From NCBI GenBank assembly GCA_045863335.1, contig BTVY01000026.1:1-64000 (forward strand): a stretch of DNA of 64,000 nt, read 5' to 3'. Below, in pieces: positions 10,607 to 21,592 of the stretch (position 1 is the stretch's first letter; each line of letters starts with the position of its first letter). The notes below the pieces were generated by a model. The model ran no database searches and was not told the origin of the DNA. It worked only from the letters and a program-made list of their open reading frames with translations. A program made the position numbers and the translations under genes. This DNA comes from Candidatus Hydrogenedentota bacterium (GTDB taxonomy: Bacteria > Hydrogenedentota > Hydrogenedentia > Hydrogenedentales > SLHB01).

Positions 10607-11998
10607 CTATTGCTGCACGGTGAAGACCCAGTCGCCGACGGACTCCAAATCACCCAGCGTGTCCAGCGGCGCCCCGCCGTCGTCCACGCGGTCGAAGGCG
10701 ACCGAGTAGATCGCGTAGTCCTGGTCCGAAACGATGTAGCGCAGGGCTTGTCCGTCGAAGGGGTCCAACGGTATCGCGTCGATAAACTCCGGTACGAGTT
10801 CGTCCAGCGTCTGCGGCAGCGCATCGTAGGTCTCGCGATAACGTTCCAGCGCAACCGTCACGAGAATTGTCCGCGCGATAACGGCTTCCAGCGCCATACG
10901 GTCCATTCCTCGAAGTGGTTGGCACAAGGGGTGCCCTTCAAACTCCACGGACCGGAGCCACCCGGTACCGTTGTCCCGAAGGTCCTGGATATACCTGAGC
11001 CGTTCGTGCCACGGTTCCTTGGCTCGTTGAAGCATATCGGCGAAGATCTCCATCGTCTCCTTTTCATACCTTAACCGACGTCACTGCCGCATTGTGGACT
11101 GGCCTGCCGGATCGAAATAGTCGAGCACACGCCCCATTGCCGAGACTCTTCCAATCGCTCCCGGAGTCTCGAACACTTCCACCCAGTAGCAGCGTTCGCC
11201 AACCAGCGCGCGCACCATGGGTTCCGGGTCTGACGTTTCCAAACTCAATCGCTGGAAATCCGCAAGGGTCTCGGGGTAGAGGTACGCCACGTTCAGTGCC
11301 GCCTTCAAACAAGTGATCTGTTCACCCCGGTAGGCAGCACGCAGCATCTGCGACGCCACGCTTGGCTCATCCCTTAGCGATTCCGCTAAGTGCTGCATGC
11401 GCTCCAGGCAGGGAGCCGCGTCCCACTGGCGTCCTTCGAGTATTGCGTGCAGCGCCCGGAGCTTCTCCAAACGCAGGCAGCGTTTGAGGTATCCGTAGTG
11501 TGCGGGCGCTTCCGTCGGCCCTACGGAAAACTCGATGGGATACCGCGCCTTCGGCAGGGTCGCCGCCCGCTCCAGGTGCACGAACACCCCGCCGCAACGT
11601 TCGAGGAACGCGCCTATCTCCTGCTGCAATTCCGGCAACGACGCGTCGTTCCGCGACGACAATTCGAGACTGCGCAACAGCGCGTCAACCGTCGCGCCAT
11701 TCGGGTCGATTGCATCCAACAGCACCGACGCCTCTTGATACACCAGCGCCGCATTCTCTTCGTCCGGCACGGCGGGGTAATAGGCGTTCAGCTCCTCGAA
11801 CGTCAAGGGTTGCCCCGCCTCGCGGATGCGTTCCTTGAGTTTCGCAACCTGTTCGCGCCGGGCGTTCGTCAGCGCATTCCCCAACGCCAGATACGCCACC
11901 ACCCCCAGCAGAAACAGCACGCCGCCCACCGCCGCGCAGCCCGCACCGCTGAACCATTCCCGCCGCTTCCGCCCCTCTTTCCTGCGCCGCCACCTCAC
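10607..11998 (-). pseudogene. Paralogue of 11995-13389 interrupted by an in-frame TGA at 11081-11083
   Basis: ORFs 11081..12031 and 10607..11053 share a frame (MRQ*RRLRYEKETMEIF). Together they align end to end with the neighbour (GQPLTFEELNAYYPAVPDEENAALVY ... LDPFDGQALRY). Probable GTG start 11998 overlapping the neighbour's stop. Confidence 0.75.
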
Positions 11999-13389
11999 CG
12001 CCGCACCTCGAAGACCCAATCGCCGAGCCATTCGCCGGATTCGTCCTTTTCGGCTTGCACCCCGTTGTCGTCTTTCAAATCGGAGTAGATGCTGTAGATG
12101 GCATACCCCTCCTCGTGACGCCGGTACCGGAGCGGTTCGCCGTCGAAGGGGTCCAGCGTGGGCGCGGGGAGGTACTTCGGAACGAGGGCATCGAGTTCGG
12201 AAGGCAGATCGCCTTCAGAGGACCGGTACAACTCGATCGTCAGCGCCGTGCGTGCCATTCGCAACACGGCCGCGTCGCGCGCGAATGCCCCGATCCCCCT
12301 CGCGAGTGCTGGAAGCATCGTTCTCGACATGACCTTCGAGTCGGGGAGGTCTTTCGTCGACTCGTAGGTGCGTTCCGACAACTCCATTCGTTCCGGCCAG
12401 GACAGGTCGGGGGCATTGGCGAGTGGCGTCAGATACTGCAGCATGGCGAGCCGTTCGCCAGTAGCGATACGTTCCCGCCCACCGTTGAGTGCGATCCGAA
12501 TGCGGCTCTTCAACGAAGGCCTGGTAATCTCAGGCCATCCTTCGCCTCGGTCGCCGATCCACGTGCGGTAGACTGCATCTGCGAAGATACAGCGCTCGCC
12601 CGCATACGTGCGCACCACCGCGTCAATGTTCTCCGTACTGCCATACAGGTCCGCGAGTTCTACGAGTGTTTCGTCGCGAAGTTCAGATCGCTTCAGCGCG
12701 TTTTCCAACGATTCCGCTGCGATGGCATGGGCTGCAATTCGCACGAGTTGCGCGATAATTTGAGGCTCGTATCGTAACGAGCGGGATAGGGCGAAGACAC
12801 TGCGTTGGCTGTCGGCAAACGCGTCGAACCGGCCATCCAACACAGCATAGGAACCTCGAAGGGCCTCCAGGCGCACACAAGTTCGCAACGGCTTCAAGTG
12901 CGGCAGTTCCGTCGCGACGCCGCGCCGGAAATCGACGGGATATCGGGACTCGGGATATCCCGCCGCACGGGCAAGCACTTCGAACACCGCCTCGCACGAT
13001 TCCAGGTGCGCCTCGACCTCTTCCACCAACCCGCTCGGGGCCACGCGCGACACGCCGTTCAGTTGCTCCAGCAGATCCGCGGTACGTTCGCCCTCCGGAT
13101 CGATCGACTCCAGCAGCCGAAAGGCCTCTTCATAGACCAGTGCCGCATTCTCCTCATCCGGCACCGCCGGGTAATATGCGTTCAATTCCTCCAACGTCAC
13201 CGGCTGACCCCGTTCGCGGATGGACGCCTCCAACTCGGCGACCTGCGCATACAGCCGATCCGCCCGGCCCAACGCCGCCCAGACCCCCGCACCGGCCAGC
13301 CCCAACACCACCAACACAATCCCCACGACGCACACCGCAATCAGCGTCCGTCGTCTCCGCGGTTCACGCATGGTGGCGGTCGTGCTCAT
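11995..13389 (-). CDS. Membrane-anchored hypothetical protein (PDEENAA motif; C-terminal DPFxGxPLxY GspG-like motif)
   Basis: N-terminal TM helix, helical body, PSELDALVPKYLPAPTLDPFDGEPLRY. Confidence 0.75.
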   Translation of the reverse strand: MSTTATMREPRRRRTLIAVCVVGIVLVVLGLAGAGVWAALGRADRLYAQVAELEASIRERGQPVTLEELNAYYPAVPDEENAALVYEEAFRLLESIDPEGERTADLLEQLNGVSRVAPSGLVEEVEAHLESCEAVFEVLARAAGYPESRYPVDFRRGVATELPHLKPLRTCVRLEALRGSYAVLDGRFDAFADSQRSVFALSRSLRYEPQIIAQLVRIAAHAIAAESLENALKRSELRDETLVELADLYGSTENIDAVVRTYAGERCIFADAVYRTWIGDRGEGWPEITRPSLKSRIRIALNGGRERIATGERLAMLQYLTPLANAPDLSWPERMELSERTYESTKDLPDSKVMSRTMLPALARGIGAFARDAAVLRMARTALTIELYRSSEGDLPSELDALVPKYLPAPTLDPFDGEPLRYRRHEEGYAIYSIYSDLKDDNGVQAEKDESGEWLGDWVFEVRR

Positions 13390-13647
13390 GAACTTCCCGT
13401 CGTAAAGATTCGGCCTCTTGCCAGCCGTGGTCTCACGTTCATCAATAGACTTGTACTTGCGCCGTGCTCACAGATTACCCTAACTACCGTAGTAATTGCG
13501 AAACCCGGTTTGCGGTACAATAACCTACGAACGGAGGTCGCCGAAAGACCGGAGAGAGGGGAACCGCCGGGTTCTCGCGCGGATTCATGGTTAGTAGGTT
13601 CTCCAGTGACGTCGAATCCGAGAGAATTCAATCGAGGTGAAACATTG

Positions 13648-15771
13648 ATGAATGGGATGCGTGCGACTTTGTCCCAGTTTCGAGTCGTCATTACCGTCCT
13701 TGTTGCCGTTGCCTGCGTCGGTATTGCCACGGTAGCTGCAGAACCTACCGATGACCAGTTGGCGGCATGGGGTCGCGCCCTGGAGAGTCCGGACGCGGAT
13801 CTGCGAGCCAATGCACTAGGTGCCTTATCAGCATCAGGAAAGCCCGCGCTTCCCTACCTGCTTCAGGCCGCCGACAACCCTTCTTTGGTCGTTCGCGTTC
13901 CTCCCATTCTGGCGCTTGCGCGGATTGATCCCCACAATCCAGACGTGCAAGAGCTGATGTTGAGAATACTTACCGTTTTCGGATTGTCCGACTACTACGC
14001 AACAGAACTTGGAAAGCTGATCCCACCTTCTTCCCTGCCAAGTTTTGTGAATGGATTGACGGCAGTCAGTGCACAGGACCGTCGAAGGTTCGAAATGGCC
14101 TTGGCCATGGCAGATCCAACAGGGCAGCAAACGGTCGTCCCGCTTCTTTCCCGGCCTGAGACCGCCGACCGGGCGTCTGGCGTGCGCATCCTGCGATACA
14201 TGAAACCGCCGCCAGCGTTTGCACTTCAGATGCTTCCGGACTTCCTCGCCGATCCTGAACGGCAGGTTCAGTCCGCCGCATTGGACCTCTACGCCGCCAC
14301 GCGTGACGCCGTCGATGAGCGAGTTTTGCGCGCCCTTGCCGAGCTGCTGGCCGACGCAGACTCCGGCGTGAGCGAGCGGGCGGCCCGGCTTATGGCGAAC
14401 GGCGTATCCAGACCGGAGATTGTTCGAGATGGCGTACTGAAAGCTCTGAACAGCGGACAGGAGCAGGCGATTCGCGCCAGCGCGATGGTGATATCTCAAT
14501 ATCCCGAAGGTTTGGACACCTTCGTGCCCGCGGTTCCGTTGCTGCTTCAGTATGCGCGCAAGAATCACCCCGCCCCCGACGGTGAGATTCAGCGGAATCA
14601 ATGGCCACTGGTCCTGCGCGCCATTCTGGCTCTCGCGCCCTACGCGCCGGAAGCGGCGCAATTCGCCGTGGAGATGATGTCGGAATCACGGGACAATCCG
14701 AACGTCGCGCCGCTCACGTTGGAGATTGTTCAAGCGCTTCAGAAGATCGGCCCTGCGGCAGCATCGGCGCGCGACCACGTGTTCGCGGTCCTTTCCGATT
14801 CCGGCGGGACTGATGACCTCCGGCTCGCGGCGGCGCAGGCACTTTTGGAGATGGAAGGCCCGACTACGGCGCTACTATCTGTATTGGAGAAAATGGCGGA
14901 CACCGCCGGGCGGGACCCCCGCGATCGCGCAAGAATCGAGGCGCTCGCGTGGAACGTCCGATTAGGGCTATTCAACTGCACCGTCATGTCCAAAGCCATT
15001 CCGAGCGACACTGAGGGAAGCCTCCATTTTCAAGCCTACCTTGTTTTCGACGGCGGCAAATCGAAGATCCCACTGGCACGTTTCTACAGCTACAGCGAAA
15101 GTGGTGAACGCCCTTACCTCGGGTTTGATCCGGCATCTTTAGACTTCCGAGTTGTCAAGGACGATGAGCTATGGCAGGTTTCATGGGATACGGTTTCCCA
15201 GGGGAGCGGACATTATCTCATGCATTCCTTCCTGCTCATCCAAAAGCGCGACGGGTATTGGAATGAAGTATTTCGGCACACGGGGAACGGTTACACGAAG
15301 TCCTATGGCAACACGTCGAGTCATGATGAGTGGCGATTCCTGTGGGTCGAACGAACTGAAGGCATTACTCTGGAGCACATTAAGCGCTACCGTACGGTCC
15401 AAAATGCGGTCGGCCCGCGTTTCAACCGGATTGAAGTACAAGGCGGAGGCCACTATTTCGAGAGGAATGACGTGACAATTAGATCGTGGCCCTGCCAGAT
15501 AGAAAACGGTCACGTGAAAGTACTGCCAGGTAGCCTATGGACCGACTTGGGCGAAACCACCATCACCCTGGAGGAGTTCGTGCGCCCGGACACCCAGCCT
15601 GATTCTTCGTTATCCATTTCCGACGCTGAAGTCGCTACTCGAATTGCGAAATTGACGACACTAAATCCCCAGCTCGGAAACGCCGATGTGGTTTCCGGAC
15701 GCGTACTTGTAGAAACCGGTATTCCACCCTTTGAGCCTTGGGAGGGCCACGCCTACCGGCAAGCAGACTAA
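13648..15771 (+). CDS. Secreted HEAT-repeat protein with unknown C-terminal domain
   Basis: RBS GAGGTG before ATG 13648; signal peptide; HEAT repeats (LRANALGAL, LADPERQVQSAA, LRLAAAQAL). Confidence 0.7.
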   Translation: MNGMRATLSQFRVVITVLVAVACVGIATVAAEPTDDQLAAWGRALESPDADLRANALGALSASGKPALPYLLQAADNPSLVVRVPPILALARIDPHNPDVQELMLRILTVFGLSDYYATELGKLIPPSSLPSFVNGLTAVSAQDRRRFEMALAMADPTGQQTVVPLLSRPETADRASGVRILRYMKPPPAFALQMLPDFLADPERQVQSAALDLYAATRDAVDERVLRALAELLADADSGVSERAARLMANGVSRPEIVRDGVLKALNSGQEQAIRASAMVISQYPEGLDTFVPAVPLLLQYARKNHPAPDGEIQRNQWPLVLRAILALAPYAPEAAQFAVEMMSESRDNPNVAPLTLEIVQALQKIGPAAASARDHVFAVLSDSGGTDDLRLAAAQALLEMEGPTTALLSVLEKMADTAGRDPRDRARIEALAWNVRLGLFNCTVMSKAIPSDTEGSLHFQAYLVFDGGKSKIPLARFYSYSESGERPYLGFDPASLDFRVVKDDELWQVSWDTVSQGSGHYLMHSFLLIQKRDGYWNEVFRHTGNGYTKSYGNTSSHDEWRFLWVERTEGITLEHIKRYRTVQNAVGPRFNRIEVQGGGHYFERNDVTIRSWPCQIENGHVKVLPGSLWTDLGETTITLEEFVRPDTQPDSSLSISDAEVATRIAKLTTLNPQLGNADVVSGRVLVETGIPPFEPWEGHAYRQAD

Positions 15772-15778
15772 GAAGAAA

Positions 15779-15862
15779 TGGCGGAGGGTGTGGGACTCGA
15801 ACCCACAAGCCCGAAGGCGCCGGTTTTCAAGACCGGTGGATTACCAGTTATCCTAACCCTCC
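15779..15862 (-). tRNA. tRNA-Ser (anticodon UGA)
   Basis: Minus strand GGAGGGT...CCGGT-CTTGAAA-ACCGG...GTGGG-TTCGAGT-CCCAC-ACCCTCC-G-CCA; variable arm, G73 discriminator, encoded CCA. Confidence 0.93.
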
Positions 15863-16306
15863 GCGAAGAATGGCGGATGAATGGACTTGCCAGTCTATTG
15901 TACGCGATGGCTCGCGTGTGATTCATCCTTTGTACTCGGATCGACGCGCGGGCATCTCTGATGTTTCAGCACAACCCGCAGCGCGGCAAAGCCTTGCGGT
16001 GTAAGGGAATTCCCCGGTGGCACATAGGGGTGCAAGCCCGATTGTATACCCGCGAAGGATCCATCACACTATCAATCAGACATTCTTCTTGGGTGTTGAC
16101 AACTGTGGGATGCTGTTGCGCTACCGTCCCCCTCGGCCTAGGTACTCCACCAACCGTTGTAGCGCGGCAGCATCCCCTTTTCTGTTCATCCGGCCCATTC
16201 CGTGCATCCACCCCTACGGCTCCACGTTCCCGGAACCCCTTTCATAAACCGGGCATGTGCGCTAAGATACGCGTGTTGTTCATCGAATCGAACCGAGGGC
16301 GTCGCC

Positions 16307-17185
16307 ATGTCGACCGATTCACACGAATCGAACCCGCTGCAATCGCTGGAAGAGTGGGAGGAGTTTGTCGAGGGCCGGTATCCCGAACCCGCACGGAGCT
16401 TTGCGCCGCATCAGGATACCACCGCCTTTCGGGACTACGAGAACACCGCCCGCAGTTCCGTGCGCGAGTTCTACCGCCTCAACCACCGCAACCAATGCGT
16501 GGACTTCGTGCGTGCCAAGCGCGGCGAGTTCCTCGGCCTGTCCCGCGAACGCATGAGCATATGGGAAGCCATGGAGTTCTTGAATACCCTCGTCGACGAT
16601 AGCGATCCCGACACCGACCTTACGCAAATCGAGCACCTGCTCCAGACGGCCGAGGCCATCCGGCAAGACGGCCACCCCGGCTGGTTTGTCCTGACCGGCC
16701 TCATCCACGACCTCGGCAAGATTCTCTGTTTGTGGGGCGAACCACAGTGGGCGGTCGTGGGCGACACGTTCCCCGTCGGCTGCGCATTCTCGGACAAGAT
16801 CGTCTTTCCCGAATTCTTTGCCCAGAACCCCGACAATGCCGTGGCTGCATACACGACGGCCGACGGCATCTACGAACCCGGCGCGGGACTGAATCAGGTC
16901 CTCATGTCCTGGGGCCACGACGAGTACATGTACCACGTGTGCAAGGACTACCTCCCCGAACCGGCTCTTTACATGATCCGCTACCACTCCTTCTACGCCG
17001 CGCACCGCGAAGGGGCATACCAACATCTCATGAACGGACACGACAAAGAGATGTTCGGGTGGGTCCGCGCGTTCAACCCGTACGATCTCTACTCCAAGAG
17101 TCCCGTCCGGCCCGACGTGGCGCAACTGAAGCCCTTCTACCAAACGTTGATTGACGAGTATTTCCCCGCGAAGCTGTCCTGGTAG
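16307..17185 (+). CDS. Inositol oxygenase (MIOX) family HD-domain di-iron enzyme
   Basis: [46 protein letters not shown]. Confidence 0.92.
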   Translation: MSTDSHESNPLQSLEEWEEFVEGRYPEPARSFAPHQDTTAFRDYENTARSSVREFYRLNHRNQCVDFVRAKRGEFLGLSRERMSIWEAMEFLNTLVDDSDPDTDLTQIEHLLQTAEAIRQDGHPGWFVLTGLIHDLGKILCLWGEPQWAVVGDTFPVGCAFSDKIVFPEFFAQNPDNAVAAYTTADGIYEPGAGLNQVLMSWGHDEYMYHVCKDYLPEPALYMIRYHSFYAAHREGAYQHLMNGHDKEMFGWVRAFNPYDLYSKSPVRPDVAQLKPFYQTLIDEYFPAKLSW

Positions 17186-17242
17186 ACCCACGCATCGCGG
17201 ATAGAGCAGGGACGTTTTCTTGGGGACAAAGGAGGAGTCCGC

Positions 17243-19339
17243 ATGGCTGGCACGAACCGCCTAACGCTGCGCGCCCGATTGCTGGCGGCAGGCATCTTGC
17301 TCTCGATAGGCCCGCTTCTGATCGTGACGGCGCTGGTCTATCGGCAGAATACGGCCTTGGGTGCCACCGCCACGGAGTCGTTGGATCGCTTGGCGTCCAA
17401 CGATCTGGAGCACAGCGTGCACGGCGTGTACGCCCTTTGCGAGACGCAACAGGAGGTGCTACAGGATTTCGTGAATAAGTCGCTCAACGTCGCGCGGGCC
17501 AATATGGCAGCGGCCGGCGACGTTTACCTCAACTCGACGGAGGTAGTCTCCTGGAACGCCGTGAATCAATACACCCAGGAACAACAAACCCTCACCCTGC
17601 CCAAGATGCAGTTCGGCGCCACCTGGCTGGGCCAGATCGCGGATGCGGCCACGCCTGCGCCCGTCGTTGATGAAACGCAGGATCTCGTTGGCGGCACCTG
17701 CACCATCTTTCAACGCATGAACGACGCCGGTGATATGTTGCGCGTCTCCACAAACGTGCTGAAGGCGGACGGCACGCGTGCGGTGGGGACCTTCATTCCC
17801 GCCGTCAACCCTGACGGCTCGCCCAACCCCGTCATCGCCGCGGTCTCGAAGGGCGAGACATTCCGGGGGAAAGCCTTCGTCGTCGACCGCTGGTACATCA
17901 CCGCCTATGAACCGATCAAAGACAGCGCTGACACGATCGTGGGCGTCCTCTACGTCGGCATTCCGATGGAGAGTGCAACGGCGTTGCGCGAGGCGGTCCG
18001 CGAGATCACGATCGGCGATACGGGGTACGTGTTCGTATTGAATGCCGCCGGGGATACCCTGGGCCGCATCGTCATTGGCCAGACTCCCGACCAGGATGGC
18101 GCCGACATGCGCGATGCCACCGGCGCCAACGGCGACTACTACATCCGTAGTATCTGCGAACAGGCGGCAGCCCTTGGCCCGGACGAAGTCGCCCACCTTA
18201 CCTATGCGCCGGACGCGGCGGGCGATGCGCGGGTGGCGCGCATGATGTACTTCGCCCCCTGGGATTGGGCTATTGTGGCCACGGTTCCGGAGAGCGAATT
18301 CCGGGAAGCATCCATCGCCATGGGGGCGGAAAGCCGCCGGTCGCTGCTGTACATTCTCGCGGTAGTCGGCGGAACCCTGCTACTAACCGCGATCATCTGG
18401 GGCTTCATCGCGAGCGGTCTGACCCGCCGTATCGCCCGTGTAATCCACGACTTGCGGTCGGCAAGCGCCGAAGTGCGGTCTGCGTCCGCTCAGGTGTCGG
18501 CCTCCAGCGCCCAGCTCGCCGACGGGACCTCCAGCCAGGCGTCCGCACTCGAGCAAATTTCGGCGTCGCTCGAAGAGATGTCCGCCATGACCCGGCAGAA
18601 TGCGGACAACGCAGCCGAGGCCGACCGGGCTTCCGGTAGCGCCAGTGACGCCGTCCAGACGGGGCGGTCGTCCATGGATCGCATGGGGGAAACCATCCAG
18701 CGGATCAAGACCGCCACCAACGAGACTGCGAAGATCCTCAAACTCATCGACGAAATCGCCTTTCAAACCAATCTGCTGGCATTGAATGCCTCCGTCGAGG
18801 CCGCCCGGGCCGGCGAAGCCGGCAAAGGGTTCGCCGTGGTTGCGGAGGAAGTGCGCGCGCTGGCCGGCCGTTGTGCCGAAGCCGCCCGTGATACCGCGAG
18901 CCGTGTCTCGGACGCGCAGGAGGCCGCGGACGCGGGTGTCGAGGTCGCGCGCGAAGTGGATGAGTCTCTTCAGTCCATCATGACCCAGATTCAGCGCGTT
19001 ACAGCCATCATCGCAGAGGTTCGCGCGGCATCCAGCCAGCAAGCCGACGGCGTCAACCAGTTGAATTCCGCCGTTTCGCAGGTTGACGGCGTGACGCAGT
19101 CCAACGCCGCGAGCTCCGAAGAGTCCGCCGCGGCAAGCGAGGAACTGTCCGCGCAAGTGATGACCATTGACGGAATGGTGGCCGACCTGGCCACGATCGT
19201 CGGCGGCGCGGAACGAGCCGACACGCCGCGGGGCGAACCCGACTACGGGCGGATTGCACACGACAATCCGGGACAGGCATTGTTGACGCACCGGCCCACT
19301 CGCGGTGCCGCGCGCGCTTCCGATCAGCCTCGCGATTGA
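17243..19339 (+). CDS. Methyl-accepting chemotaxis protein with Cache sensor domain
   Basis: Two TM helices flanking a Cache_3-Cache_2-like domain (TCTIFQR, RAVGT, YITAYEP); [34 protein letters not shown]. Confidence 0.95.
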   Translation: MAGTNRLTLRARLLAAGILLSIGPLLIVTALVYRQNTALGATATESLDRLASNDLEHSVHGVYALCETQQEVLQDFVNKSLNVARANMAAAGDVYLNSTEVVSWNAVNQYTQEQQTLTLPKMQFGATWLGQIADAATPAPVVDETQDLVGGTCTIFQRMNDAGDMLRVSTNVLKADGTRAVGTFIPAVNPDGSPNPVIAAVSKGETFRGKAFVVDRWYITAYEPIKDSADTIVGVLYVGIPMESATALREAVREITIGDTGYVFVLNAAGDTLGRIVIGQTPDQDGADMRDATGANGDYYIRSICEQAAALGPDEVAHLTYAPDAAGDARVARMMYFAPWDWAIVATVPESEFREASIAMGAESRRSLLYILAVVGGTLLLTAIIWGFIASGLTRRIARVIHDLRSASAEVRSASAQVSASSAQLADGTSSQASALEQISASLEEMSAMTRQNADNAAEADRASGSASDAVQTGRSSMDRMGETIQRIKTATNETAKILKLIDEIAFQTNLLALNASVEAARAGEAGKGFAVVAEEVRALAGRCAEAARDTASRVSDAQEAADAGVEVAREVDESLQSIMTQIQRVTAIIAEVRAASSQQADGVNQLNSAVSQVDGVTQSNAASSEESAAASEELSAQVMTIDGMVADLATIVGGAERADTPRGEPDYGRIAHDNPGQALLTHRPTRGAARASDQPRD

Positions 19340-19410
19340 ATCCCGCGGTCCGGGTATGTGAACATCCCGGCATTGACCGTAAACCTCCCCCTTGACCCAG
19401 CAGGAATGCC

Positions 19411-20598
19411 ATGTGTGACACCATCGCCATCGTGCGTAAGAAAGCGATTTTCTTCGCCAAGAACTCCGACCGCGATCCCAATGAGGCCCAGTTGCTCGAA
19501 TGGCGCCCCGCGCAGGAGCACCCTGCCGGCTCCAAACTCAAGTGCACGTGGATCGAGATCCCGCAAGCGGAGCGGACGCACGCCGTCTTGATCAGCCGCC
19601 CCTTCTGGATGTGGGGTGCGGAGATGGGAACCAACGAGCACGGCGTCGTGATCGGCAACGAGGCCGTGTTCACCAAGCAGCCCTATGCGAAGACGGGGTT
19701 GACCGGGATGGATATGCTCCGGCTGGCGTTGGAGCGGGCGGACTCGGCCGAGCGCGCTTGCGAGGTTATCGTCGAACTGTTGGAAACGCACGGTCAGGGC
19801 GGCGGGTGTGGATTCGAGAATCGCGATTTCACCTATCACAACAGCTTCATGATTGCCGACCCGAATGGCGCTTACGTGCTGGAAACGGCGGGCAAGCTGC
19901 ACGCCAAAGAGCGCGTCGAAGGCACACGGCCCATTTCCAACAGCCTGACCATCGGCGGCTTCGCGGAAAAGCACGGCGAGTATTGGAAGACCCGCATCTC
20001 CGGTTGCCGCACCCGCATGGGGCGCATGCATCACCAGGCCAGCAAGACTCTCGGCGCCCAGCACCTCTTCGCCGCGCTCCGCGACCACGGCGCGCGCTAC
20101 TCCAATCCCTCATACCGCTGGACCAACGGCGGCATGAACGCGGCCTGCATGCACGGCGGCGGAATCCTGGCTTCGGCCCAGACGACCGGATCCTGGGTGA
20201 CGGAAATCCTCAATGGAGAAGTCCGCCATTGGGTGACCGCCACCGCAGCGCCTTGCACCAGCCTCTTCAAGCCGGTCCGCATCGACCAGCCCCTCGACCT
20301 CGGTTCGCCACAGGACAAGGCCGACGATTCCCTCTGGTGGCGGCACGAGCGTTTCCAGCGCTCCGTCATGCGGAATCCCGAGCCCCTTCGGGACTGCTAC
20401 GTCCCCGAGCGCAACGCCCTGGAGGCCGAGTGGACCGACAACCCGCCCGACCCCGCCGCCGCCTTCGCAAAGGGCGACGAACTCCTGGCCAAGTGGTCCG
20501 ACGCCGTGGCGAAGCATTCCATCGAAGACACCCGCCCGGGACACGTCAAGCGCTACTGGGACAAGCGCAACCGGCTCGCGGGGGTGTCACTGTTCTAA
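19411..20598 (+). CDS. Secernin-like C69 family Ntn peptidase
   Basis: MCDT N-terminal nucleophile, FAKNSDRDPNEAQ, WMWGAEMGTNEHGV, GMDMLRLALER, CMH. Confidence 0.88.
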   Translation: MCDTIAIVRKKAIFFAKNSDRDPNEAQLLEWRPAQEHPAGSKLKCTWIEIPQAERTHAVLISRPFWMWGAEMGTNEHGVVIGNEAVFTKQPYAKTGLTGMDMLRLALERADSAERACEVIVELLETHGQGGGCGFENRDFTYHNSFMIADPNGAYVLETAGKLHAKERVEGTRPISNSLTIGGFAEKHGEYWKTRISGCRTRMGRMHHQASKTLGAQHLFAALRDHGARYSNPSYRWTNGGMNAACMHGGGILASAQTTGSWVTEILNGEVRHWVTATAAPCTSLFKPVRIDQPLDLGSPQDKADDSLWWRHERFQRSVMRNPEPLRDCYVPERNALEAEWTDNPPDPAAAFAKGDELLAKWSDAVAKHSIEDTRPGHVKRYWDKRNRLAGVSLF

Positions 20599-20652
20599 TC
20601 GAAACCCAAGCGGTATCTGAATGTTTGTGCGGGCCGATTTGTTACCCCCGAC

Positions 20653-21441
20653 ATGAGCACCGTGCAACAAATCCCCTTCTGGATAAGCGTATTTTCTTGT
20701 ATCGCGGCCTTATCTGCCGGCGCTGAAGCGCACTCCGCCATCTGGTCCTATCCTGCTTGGGCGACTCCGTCGAAACCTTTTGAAGGCGAGGTGCAAACCG
20801 AGATCCCGGAGGGCGCGGGTGTTCAGTTGCGTTACACGGTTCCTGGCGGTGCGGTGGAGCAGGTACCCTGTACCCCGGCGGAAGGTAACGGAGGGACGTA
20901 CGCTTTTGCCATTCCCGCCGCGGAAGTCGCGGGCGCCGACGAAATCACGTTCTGGCTGGAATCTTCGGATGGTGACGGCAATCCATTCACAACGGAGAGA
21001 CGCACCGTTCCCCGGTCACAAATTCTGGAAGTCGAAGTCTCCGGCAAGACGGACGAAGATCTGACCTATCCACTCGATGTCTGGCAGGCGGAGATCCTGT
21101 TTCGGCCTTGCTGCCTTATCATCAGCGGCTGGATATACTTAGAACGAATTCCCGTCTTGCCCGTGGCCACATCCGAAGGGCTTCCTGATTTCCGGCTCAG
21201 CCCATTCCTCCGCGTCGAACCCGATGACCTCGTCAAAGCAACGGGCGGAGTGAACCTGCGGATTGCTTACGAAGTCCCTGACGATACAAAGGTTACGTCG
21301 AGGTCAATTCAGCCCTGGCAATGGCGGAATGGGGAGTGGTCTCCGGTCTTTGATGCGACCGTCGATACCGGAACTCATACCGTCACTTTCCCGTTTCCAA
21401 ACGGCGGCTTGGTTGTGATCGCCGGAAATTCGTCAGAATAG
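20653..21441 (+). CDS. Secreted hypothetical protein
   Basis: 262 aa ORF with signal-like N-terminus; no recognised family. Confidence 0.6.
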   Translation: MSTVQQIPFWISVFSCIAALSAGAEAHSAIWSYPAWATPSKPFEGEVQTEIPEGAGVQLRYTVPGGAVEQVPCTPAEGNGGTYAFAIPAAEVAGADEITFWLESSDGDGNPFTTERRTVPRSQILEVEVSGKTDEDLTYPLDVWQAEILFRPCCLIISGWIYLERIPVLPVATSEGLPDFRLSPFLRVEPDDLVKATGGVNLRIAYEVPDDTKVTSRSIQPWQWRNGEWSPVFDATVDTGTHTVTFPFPNGGLVVIAGNSSE

Positions 21442-21592
21442 CCCAAAAATTTCTTTCTGCGTAAGCGATTTTATTGAAATAGGTTATGGATATGCGGAAA
21501 ATTTTTCTTGATTTCCACTGGCAAATTTCCGTCAAAGCTGCTATGATTGGGTTGGAACCGTGTAAAGAATAGACCGGTGAAAGGGGGCGTTC

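Noticed and set aside
11040-11083. Selenocysteine codon with SECIS
   Set aside because: Only a weak 4-bp CGTC/GACG pairing downstream, and the paralogue has no Cys at this position.
12805-13647. N-terminal extension of the 988-aa ORF
   Set aside because: Overlaps the minus-strand gene; RBS and signal peptide place the start at 13648.
10607-15778. Integrative island at the tRNA 3' end
   Set aside because: No integrase and no duplicated tRNA 3' end seen.
15779-15862. tRNA as a UGA suppressor or tRNA-Sec explaining the in-frame stops
   Set aside because: Its anticodon is UGA (reads UCA, Ser), not UCA; the fold is canonical 7/5.
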